From NCBI GenBank assembly GCA_015064025.1, contig SVSZ01000001.1:1705-65704 (forward strand): a DNA stretch of 64,000 nucleotides. The letters are read 5' to 3'. The DNA is from Oscillospiraceae bacterium (GTDB lineage Bacteria; Bacillota; Clostridia; Oscillospirales; CAG-272). Within the stretch, counting starts at the first letter, position 1. Each line of letters starts with the position of its first letter. The notes below the pieces were generated by a model. It was not told the origin of the DNA, made no database searches, and worked only from the letters and a program-made list of their open reading frames with translations. Made by a program: the position numbers and the translations under genes. Shown here piece by piece: positions 1 through 8,400 of this stretch.

Positions 1-397
1 CGGTACGCCGCTCAAGACCTCCAAGATCCAAAAGGCCGGACAATTCCTCAAGCCGCGCCTCAAACGCCTTGCCCGTGATCCCGTAAAGAGATGCGCGGCT
101 TTCAAGATTGTCGCGCACCGACAGAGCACTGTCCAACACAGAGCTTTGAAACACTACGCCGATCTCGCGCTTGATCCTCATCGCCTCCCGATCAAGCTCC
201 ATACCGTCGATCCGTACGCTTCCACTGTCCTTTTGCAGCTCGCCGCAGATGATGTTGATGGTGGTAGACTTCCCCGCACCGTTGACGCCGAGAAACGCGA
301 AAAGCTCCCCCTCTCTGACGGAAAAGCTCAAATCCCTCACGGCATGCACATCGCCGAAGCTTTTGTTCAGCCGATCGATCTCTATCATATTTTTCAT
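1..397 (-). CDS. ABC transporter ATP-binding protein, N-terminal part (gene runs off the left edge)
   Basis: Absent from the ORF track because it is open-ended. My minus-strand translation from ATG 397-395 reads MKNMIEIDRLNKSFGDVHAVRDLSFSVREGELFAFLGVNGAGKSTT..., with Walker A GVNGAGKST. A GGAGGT RBS lies 7 nt upstream. Confidence 0.85.
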   Translation of the reverse strand, partial: MKNMIEIDRLNKSFGDVHAVRDLSFSVREGELFAFLGVNGAGKSTTINIICGELQKDSGSVRIDGMELDREAMRIKREIGVVFQSSVLDSALSVRDNLESRASLYGITGKAFEARLEELSGLLDLGGLERRT

Positions 398-538
398 AGA
401 TTACCTCCAAAGGTCTCTTTGCCTCTTTATAACATGCAATCTTCAAAAATGCAAGTGTTTTTCACCAATCGGTACTTTTTTTGCACTGTTCGGATAGGAG
501 CTCGGCAGATTTATGCGAGAAGCGTCGAATGTGAAGCC

Positions 539-1519
539 CTACCCGTTTTTCTTATCCGATATCCCGTTTGTGATCAGCAGAACTAACGGAAACAGAACTC
601 CGCCTGCCACAAAAAGGATCCATGAAACGTGCCATGCACCTCCCAAAAAGCTCCATGCAAGGTAAGCAAGCGTGATCAGTCCCCAATATGCGGAACCGAC
701 CGCCTCCGCAAGCGGTGTTCTTTTTTTCTCCTTTGGAGAAAACTCCCCTTCCTGCAAAAGCTTTTCCATGCTCGCATTTTGCACGCCCGCAAGGATAAAG
801 AAAACAACGCCGATTCCCGCCACTGCCAAGGTAACCCCCAGCATGATCACGCAAAGAAGCTCGTTTTCGGCAAAAGCGGACACGATAAGAGGTACGGGAG
901 AGAACACACAAATACAGGTACCGAGAAGATTAAAAAGCACATAGGTGTCCCGAAAGGTACGTTTTCTCTCCTCCACCATGGCTCGCACACCGTGGGAGAG
1001 AGAGAACGGAACGTTCTTTTCAAGAAATTCATACGGTGCGTTTTGAAAGCCGCACAAAGCGAACATGGGAACGGCACACAGAACAAAGGCAAAGAGAGTC
1101 CCAAGTCCGATCGCCCCCGCCATTGCCTCACTCAAAAAAGAACCTCCAAGCTCCGAGACGCCTCCCAGGATCAGCAGCGTGATGGGGGAGAGGATGCATA
1201 GAAAGGTTGCCAGCGCAATCTTCACGGAAGCCCGCTTCCGAAGCTCCAGATAAGCTTCTGCCATCTCTGCCGAAACGTATCTTCTCTCCTCCCCCGTATC
1301 GCGCACGGAAGCGTCCGTCTCTCGGGGGTCCCTTAGAAGATAGTCCGTGCTCACGTCAAATATCTCACTCAGCATCACGATCCTTTCGGTATCGGGAAGA
1401 GCCTGACCGCTCTCCCACTTGGACACCGCTTGCCGCGAGACGTTCATTCGCTCCGCAAGCTCTTCCTGCGACCATGCATTCTTTTTTCTCAGCATGACGA
1501 TCTTCTCTGCTATACTCAT
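539..1519 (-). CDS. XRE-family HTH regulator fused to a multi-pass membrane domain
   Basis: The N-terminus LRKKNAWSQEELAERMNVSRQAVSKWESGQALPD is a typical HTH_3 motif. The C-terminal ~220 aa form several hydrophobic helices. GAGGTG RBS. Confidence 0.8.
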   Translation of the reverse strand: MSIAEKIVMLRKKNAWSQEELAERMNVSRQAVSKWESGQALPDTERIVMLSEIFDVSTDYLLRDPRETDASVRDTGEERRYVSAEMAEAYLELRKRASVKIALATFLCILSPITLLILGGVSELGGSFLSEAMAGAIGLGTLFAFVLCAVPMFALCGFQNAPYEFLEKNVPFSLSHGVRAMVEERKRTFRDTYVLFNLLGTCICVFSPVPLIVSAFAENELLCVIMLGVTLAVAGIGVVFFILAGVQNASMEKLLQEGEFSPKEKKRTPLAEAVGSAYWGLITLAYLAWSFLGGAWHVSWILFVAGGVLFPLVLLITNGISDKKNG

Positions 1520-1643
1520 ATCCGTTCACCTCACGTAAAGTCGGGGGCATCCCCGTATACCGTATTGTAGCACAACCGCAGGAAAACGTCTACCATTTTG
1601 CCCTTTCAATTTGTCAACCGCAGGTTGCGCGTTCGATTTCGTA

Positions 1644-2153
1644 TTACGCATCAACCTCGATCTGAACCGCACGCATCGCATCCAGTGCCGTTCGGTGGCT
1701 CTCCTCGGAAACACCTGCACAGGCGGCAGCATCGACAGTGATCCTCACCTCCGGGAACGCTGCCTTGAGCAACATCGCGTTAGAAATCACACAAATATCC
1801 GTACACAGTCCGCAGAGCTCGATCCCGTCGATGTCCTCACCGTAAGAACGAATCACTCCGGGAAGCTCGATGCTTCCAAAGGTCACCTTATCGACGGTTT
1901 TTTGGGCGTACGGGAGCAACTCCTTACAGATCTGCCAGCCGTCGCTGTCCTTGACGCAATGTTCCACGGGAAGCTTGCGTCCCTCCTGCGTCAAAAGATA
2001 ATCCGCTCCGTGTGTATCGCGCGTAAAGATCACTGTACCGTCAAAACGCTTTACCTTTTCGAGAACGTAAGGAACGATTGCCTGCGCCATGGCACTGCCG
2101 AGACTGCCCGAAATAAAATCCACCTGCATATCTACAACGATCAAAAATTTCAT
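1644..2153 (-). CDS. Isochorismatase-family cysteine hydrolase (nicotinamidase-like)
   Basis: MKFLIVVDMQVDF... and LCGLCTDICV (Asp/Lys/Cys hydrolase signature). 169 aa. AAGGAG RBS. Confidence 0.8.
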   Translation of the reverse strand: MKFLIVVDMQVDFISGSLGSAMAQAIVPYVLEKVKRFDGTVIFTRDTHGADYLLTQEGRKLPVEHCVKDSDGWQICKELLPYAQKTVDKVTFGSIELPGVIRSYGEDIDGIELCGLCTDICVISNAMLLKAAFPEVRITVDAAACAGVSEESHRTALDAMRAVQIEVDA

Positions 2154-2164
2154 GTGTCTTCTCC

Positions 2165-2662
2165 TTATTTTTTCAAGCTCTCAAACCACTCAGCAAACGC
2201 TTTCGTATGCATTTCGGACACATAATTTGTGTCATGCGTCAAAAGCTCCAGCATACGGCGGTCATCCTCGGTGGGATCCTTCTTCCCCGCCACGCTTTTT
2301 GTCAGTGCACCGATCATAAATTTGTTGATCCCTTTGAGCTTTTTACGGTCGATTCCACCCTGCATGGTGAAAAGAGGTACGTCCTCGGGAAGCGAGATCG
2401 CCGCCCGCACCTCCTCCAAAAGAGCCCCCGTATCGCAAAGCCCCACGCCGCAAACGGCACGGACCGAAAAGCGCTTCGCGGCTTTCTTGTATCCTTTAAC
2501 GCTGTTGGCAAACAGCCAACCCATATAAACGATCTCTGTCCCGCGAGGAAGCACGGTCAGTGCTTCGTCGAGGAAGAACACGGGAAGTCCCGTTTGTTTT
2601 CCAAGGATCTTTGCGTACTGTGCAGTGTGTCCCGTGTTGGACGTATAAACGATTGCTTTCAT
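2165..2662 (-). CDS. Flavodoxin-like protein
   Basis: MKAIVYTSNTGHTAQYAKILG is a flavodoxin-type N-terminus. I placed the start at the internal ATG preceded by AAGGAG; the ORF itself extends to 2716. Confidence 0.65.
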   Translation of the reverse strand: MKAIVYTSNTGHTAQYAKILGKQTGLPVFFLDEALTVLPRGTEIVYMGWLFANSVKGYKKAAKRFSVRAVCGVGLCDTGALLEEVRAAISLPEDVPLFTMQGGIDRKKLKGINKFMIGALTKSVAGKKDPTEDDRRMLELLTHDTNYVSEMHTKAFAEWFESLKK

Positions 2663-2861
2663 GCGTTTCTCCTTTTCTGCTTTGGTTTCATGAAAAGTAT
2701 ACCACTTTTTTTGCATTTTGTCAATTTTTACGCATCAAAAGCAAAAATAAGTGATGAAATACAAGAATTTGCAAAAAAGACTTGAAAAAAGACAAAACTT
2801 CATATATAATGATAAGTGGCACTTTGATTTCGTGCCTGTCTCAAAAAAGGAGGACGTTCCG

Positions 2862-3107
2862 ATGAGTTCCGAAAATCAAACCGCGATCCAAAAGGAAAAC
2901 GCGGACGCGAAAAAGATCCTGCGTGAGGTCTATGATATTTTAAGTGAAAAGGGCTACAATCCAATCACGCAGATCGTGGGATATTTGCTTTCCGAGGACC
3001 CGACCTATATCACCAACTGTAACAATGCGCGCGCGCTGATCCGTCGTGTTGACCGCGACGTTCTGATGTGCGAGCTGGTGAAGAGCTATCTGTCTCTGGA
3101 TGAATAA
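2862..3107 (+). CDS. ireB: IreB-family regulatory phosphoprotein (UPF0297)
   Basis: [38 protein letters not shown] is the family signature. AAGGAGG RBS before ATG 2862. Confidence 0.85.
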   Translation: MSSENQTAIQKENADAKKILREVYDILSEKGYNPITQIVGYLLSEDPTYITNCNNARALIRRVDRDVLMCELVKSYLSLDE

Positions 3108-4038
3108 AACGATGCCCGGGACCGAAATCATTTCCCTTCAAGAATCCCATATCTTCAAAATGCCCGAGGCAACCGTGCTTTGCCTCGGCAATTTTGACGG
3201 CGTTCACGTGGCGCACCGCACGCTTTTGAGAAAAGCCAAACAGATCAGAGACACGCGTTTTCCGCACGCAGCATGCGGTGTACTTTGCTTTCACGGACTT
3301 TCCTCCGATTTTTTGCAAGGTACCCCTGTCCCCCATCTCTCCGATGAAGGCGCACGACTTGACGCATTTCGGGAGGAGGGGATGGATTTTGCGGTGCTTT
3401 GTGACTTCCCCACCGTCCAACACATGAGTGCGGAGCAATTCATCGACCGCATTCTGCTTGACGAATGCCATTGCGTTGCCACAGTCTGCGGCTTCAATTA
3501 CCGCTTCGGGGAATACGGAGCGGGCACTCCCGAAACGCTTGAAGCGCATTTTGGCAACGCCGCACATACAGAGCCCGCGTTTATGCTTGACGGCGCGCCC
3601 GTCAGCTCCACGCGCATCCGCACGTGTCTGCTTGAGGGTGACGCAAAAACAGCCGCCACACTTCTCTCTCACCCTTACCGTTTCGTCTCCCCCGTGCTCC
3701 ACGGCAAAAAGCTCGGACGCACCATCGGGATCCCCACGGTCAATCAAGTCATCCCCCGCAGTCTCCTCGTACCTCGCCACGGCGTCTATATTACCGATTG
3801 CAAAATCGGAGATCGAGTCCTTCGCGGTGTCACGAACGTAGGCGTGCACCCGACGGTGGATGAAAACGCCCCCGTCAATTGCGAGACCTATCTTCTTGAT
3901 TTTCACGAAGAAATATACGGTGAGGAGATCGAGCTCTCCTTTTTGCGCTATCTGCGTCCCGAGGAGAAATTTTCTACGCTTGAGGCGCTTCGGTCACGCA
4001 TTGCGCTTGATATTGAGGAAGCGCGAAATTACAAATAA
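3100..4038 (+). CDS. ribF: Bifunctional riboflavin kinase / FAD synthetase
   Basis: 312 aa. [14 protein letters not shown] nucleotidyltransferase motif, and a C-terminal riboflavin kinase region GIPTVN...HGVY...G..NVG. Confidence 0.9.
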   Translation: MNKTMPGTEIISLQESHIFKMPEATVLCLGNFDGVHVAHRTLLRKAKQIRDTRFPHAACGVLCFHGLSSDFLQGTPVPHLSDEGARLDAFREEGMDFAVLCDFPTVQHMSAEQFIDRILLDECHCVATVCGFNYRFGEYGAGTPETLEAHFGNAAHTEPAFMLDGAPVSSTRIRTCLLEGDAKTAATLLSHPYRFVSPVLHGKKLGRTIGIPTVNQVIPRSLLVPRHGVYITDCKIGDRVLRGVTNVGVHPTVDENAPVNCETYLLDFHEEIYGEEIELSFLRYLRPEEKFSTLEALRSRIALDIEEARNYK

Positions 4039-4064
4039 AAACAAATGCAGAGGAGGAATCGCAA

Positions 4065-5405
4065 GTGAAAAAGCAGCTTATACTTCGCACGCTTGTCTTT
4101 TGCCTCTGCCTTTTTATGCTCTTCTCCGCCGCAAGCCCTCTCGCATTCGCCCAAGAGGAAGAATCCCCCCCCTCCATGGAGGAGGTAAGTGCCGCGTATC
4201 TTTACCATCTTGAACGCGGCACGGCAGTCGCGCAAAAGAATGCGGACACCCCCGTGGGAGCCGGCTCTACCGTCAAGATCATGGCAGGTCTTCTTTTGTG
4301 CGAGGAGCTTTCCTCAAGACTGGAGACAAGAATCGAGATCACCGAGGAGCTGATGGCAGAGGTTCCTCTCTCCCCCGGCTTTAGTCTGAAGATCGCGGTC
4401 GGAGACGTCTTTACCGCCGAACAGCTTCTTTACACAGCGCTTTGCGGTAGCTACAACGATGCCTACTATCTGCTTGCTGCATATACCTTCGGCTCGGTGG
4501 ATGCCATGCTTCAGAAAATGAATCAAAGAGCGAGAGATCTGGAAACGGAGCACACCTTTTACCGCGACGTCACAGGCATTCAAAGCGGCTCTCAGACAAC
4601 CGCCTGTGAGCTTGCGCGCATCGCGACTGAGGCATACGAAAACAAGCTTTATATGAAGCTTTGCGACACCGATGCTTACATGCTCAAATCAAAAAACATC
4701 TCGCGCACCGTCTACAACCGAAACGCACTGATCTCCACGCAGGGCGGCACCGTTACAAAATACTATGACAAAAACTGTTACGGCATGAGTGCGGGAAGCA
4801 CCCCCACGGACGGAAACTGTGTCGTTACAGCCGCAAAGCACGAGACCGAAACCTATCTCTGTATCACGCTGGGCGGCAATGAAACGGAAGCGTACGAATA
4901 CGGTTACGTTGTCGTCAAACGCCTGATCGATTGGGTGTTTGATACCTATTCCTACGTAGAGGTCATTTCCGCGGACAAGGACGTATGGAGGATCCCCGTC
5001 ACGGTCTCCGAGCTTGTCAGTGAAATCCCCTTGCGGACTCACGAATCCTTCTCGGCTTACATCCCCAAGGGAACAGACGTTGAAAAGGAGATCACCTACA
5101 GCATCCGACTGGAGAGCGAAACACTCGAAGCCCCTGTAGAAAAGGACACCTTCGTCGGCTACGTAGCGATCGTTTATCAAGGAAAAACCCTCAAAACACT
5201 TCCCCTTTACACCACGGAGGAAGCGGAAAGAAGTAGCTTCATCGGCACTATAAAGCTCATGCAAGAATTGCTCGGAAACCGCGCCTCTCTTGCGGGCATC
5301 CTCTTTTTCTGTGCGGCACTCACCGCATGGATCGTAACGGAGGTGACGCTCTCACGCAAAAGACGGCGCCGCTGGGATAAATATTTCAGCGACAAGATGA
5401 CTTGA
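4065..5405 (+). CDS. D-alanyl-D-alanine carboxypeptidase (S11 family) with signal peptide and C-terminal membrane anchor
   Basis: GTG start after AGGAGGAA. Signal peptide, then GAGSTVKIMAG (SxxK active site). C-terminal hydrophobic helix followed by RKRRRRW. Confidence 0.85.
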   Translation: MKKQLILRTLVFCLCLFMLFSAASPLAFAQEEESPPSMEEVSAAYLYHLERGTAVAQKNADTPVGAGSTVKIMAGLLLCEELSSRLETRIEITEELMAEVPLSPGFSLKIAVGDVFTAEQLLYTALCGSYNDAYYLLAAYTFGSVDAMLQKMNQRARDLETEHTFYRDVTGIQSGSQTTACELARIATEAYENKLYMKLCDTDAYMLKSKNISRTVYNRNALISTQGGTVTKYYDKNCYGMSAGSTPTDGNCVVTAAKHETETYLCITLGGNETEAYEYGYVVVKRLIDWVFDTYSYVEVISADKDVWRIPVTVSELVSEIPLRTHESFSAYIPKGTDVEKEITYSIRLESETLEAPVEKDTFVGYVAIVYQGKTLKTLPLYTTEEAERSSFIGTIKLMQELLGNRASLAGILFFCAALTAWIVTEVTLSRKRRRRWDKYFSDKMT

Positions 5406-5477
5406 AAAAATCCATAACAAAAAGCGTTCACGCCTCGGTTCTTACCTTGGCGCGAACGCTTTTTCTGTGGATTTTTT
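5405..5477. terminator. Bidirectional terminator between convergent genes
   Basis: Long imperfect inverted repeat aaaaaatccataacaaaaagcgttcacgcc / ggcgcgaacgctttttctgtggatttttt, with A/T runs on both sides. Confidence 0.7.
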
Positions 5478-5484
5478 GGGTAGC

Positions 5485-8400
5485 TCAAATGACAAGTCTC
5501 AATACAGGCACCACCCCGGGTTTGTCGGAAGTGATAACCTCTCGAGAAGTAGCCCCGTTGTTGCCGACCACAGTCACCATTTGAGAAGAATCCTCCATAG
5601 GTGAACGAAGCCACCAAACTCCGTTACCGGTTTTACCGGTGAGCTTACTTGTATACGCTCCCTGTGACTGCGCGTAATCGGTGGACTTTTTCATTCTTGC
5701 AGCGTCAGTCCCCGACGCATCAGAGGAAAAGCCATAGTCACCATAGATCACATCCTGATGGGAAAGCAGGAATATCTTATCCTCCGTAGCTTCGCAAACG
5801 TAGGAATTTGAAATGCTGCCTGTACTTGTTATGCTGTTGTCTACCAAAGTTGTAAGTATGACCTTTTGCTGGAGACTGTCAAAGGCTGTATTCATGAAGG
5901 TCTCGTTGAGCCATTTCCTTATCGTACTGTAGGCATAATTGGAAGCATACGTATTGCTCGGCACTCCGTTTGAGGAATTATAAGATTCGTTCCCCACGGA
6001 AGAAGATACATTCTGGTACGCCTGCGCATCTATGATCATATCACAAATGACCAGTGCTGTGCCATTGGCGGTATCCTCACTAAGGATCGTCCAAGCAATC
6101 GGCTCATATTTGAACCAGTAGACCGTACTTTTAGAATAACCGTTTTCCGTCTGGGTCAGATTACGGGCGGAGGTGAAATACACACCTCGGTAGCGCTCTC
6201 CTCCCTCTGACACGTCAATATACCACATAAAGTTACTGACACTGCCGTTCAGATAATAGCCGTACGACGTCCATGCTCGCGAATTCGAGCTTGATGGAAG
6301 TGTACCTGCTTTGGTTGTAAGGGACCTGATCAGATCCCTATCGGTCACCTTACTTTGCGGATAGGTTCCGAAGTAGACGGTATTGCCGTCACGCTTCAAT
6401 CCGCAAACCGTGCAAATCCCCTCCACATAGTCGTGCTCATGTACGTCATTCGCAACCGACAGAGATGTGCCGCATACATCGCACGTTCCGTCCGAATCCA
6501 AATCGGCACATTCGCTGATTTTATCGCCACAATAATCGCAGATATGATTCTTATCATTGTCGGCACAATCACAAAGCTTGATCCGCAACGCAGGCACAAC
6601 GCCGATAGCGGTTAAGTAAACATTGCCTGTTTTGTTGACATAGCCGTTGGTTGCAACGTTGCGTACGTTCGTCCCGTTTGTATTATAAGGAGAACGGAGC
6701 CACCATTGACCGTAACCGTTTACACACATTGTTCCCTGTGCCTGTGCGTAATCGGTAGCTTTTCTGGACAAATTGTAAGCGATGTCTGCAGCTTCCAAGG
6801 CAGAGATCAGGAAGATCCGATCCTCGGTGTTTTCGCATGCGTGGGAATTCGCGCTGTATCCCGTGCTTGCCACACTGTTATCCACCGTCGTCACGAGAAT
6901 GAGCGATGCTTGCAGCTCGTTAAAGGCGGTCTCCATAAAGGTCTCGTTGAGCCACGTTCTTATCGTGCTGTACGCGTAATTGTTGGGATCCACCGTTTTT
7001 CCGCCCACCGTTCTCGTACCGCTGTCGGTGAGATAATACTCTTGCGAATCTATGATCATGTCGCACAGGATCATTGCAGTACCTTCGAAGGTGTCCTCGG
7101 AAACGATCTTCCAGGAGATCGGCTCATACTTAAACCAATACACCGTGCTTGTAAAATAACCGTTCTCATACTGATACGTGGTGGATTCCGAAGAGGCAGC
7201 CACCGTATACCACGGACGGTAAGACGAGAAATATACTCCTCGATACTTCTCTCCGCCCTCTTCAACGTCAATATACCACATAAAATTGCTGACGTTGCTG
7301 TTGATATAATAGCCGTAAGACGTCCACGCCTGCGAATTACTCTCTGTCGGAAGCGTCCCTGCTTTGGAATTGAGTGTACTCTTCAAGGCATCATCCGTTA
7401 CCTCACTCTGCGGATAGGAGCCAAAAGTGATCTTGTTACCGTTACGGTCGTACGGACGCTTGACACTGCAAAGCGTACAATAACCGTTTTCGTAAGTATG
7501 CCGCGTGAATTCTTCGCACTCTTCACAAATGTGATCCTTATTTGCATCAACACACTCTGTGATCACTGTGCCGCACACATCACAAGCATGATCGTGATCA
7601 GCGTCGGTACAATTACAAAGTCTGATCTGCAATGCAGGCACCACTCCAAGGCCTGCATTAAGCGAAGCGCTGGAAACCGTACCGTTGGGTTCTATGTTGC
7701 GCACGAAGCCGGCTTCACTGTTACCGGGTGAGCGGAGGAACCACCATACGTTTCCGTCGCTTGTATTCACATGTACGCCCTGTGCCTTTGCATAATCGGT
7801 AGCCGCTTTCCCCTGTGCGACAGCGCTGCCATTTGCTTCCTTGTAAGACAGCAGGAATATCTTATCGTGCGTATCCTCACATGCATAGGAATTTGTGGCA
7901 GTTCCGGTGCTTGCCGCACTGTTATCTACCGTCGTTGTGAGAATGTGCGATGCTTGCGCCTCATCAAAGGCGGTTCCTATAAAGCTTTCGTTAAGCCATG
8001 CTCTTACCGCGCTGTGCGCATAGTTGTTGGGATACACCGTTTCTCCGTTCAAGAGTCTGGTACCGCTGTTGGTGATATAGTACACCTGGGAATCCATGAC
8101 CGCGTCACACACGATCATCGCGGTACCGCCCGCAGTATCCTCGGAAAGGATAGTCCAGGCAATCGGTTCATACTTGAACCAATACACCGTACGTGTGGAA
8201 TAACCGTTATCATCCTGATACGTGTAAGCCGTCGACGAGGACTGCGACGGATTATAAGGACGGTAGTAGGTAAAATATACGCCCCTATATTTTTCGCCGC
8301 CGTCTTCTACGTCAATATACCACATGGTATGACTCACGTTACCGCCGATATAGTAGTTGTAAGACGTCCATTTTTGCGGAGTGTAAACCGTCGGAAGCTT

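Noticed and set aside
146-586. 146-aa and 108-aa plus-strand ORFs at the left edge.
   Set aside because: They are antisense to a clear ABC ATPase (Walker A) reading frame on the minus strand.
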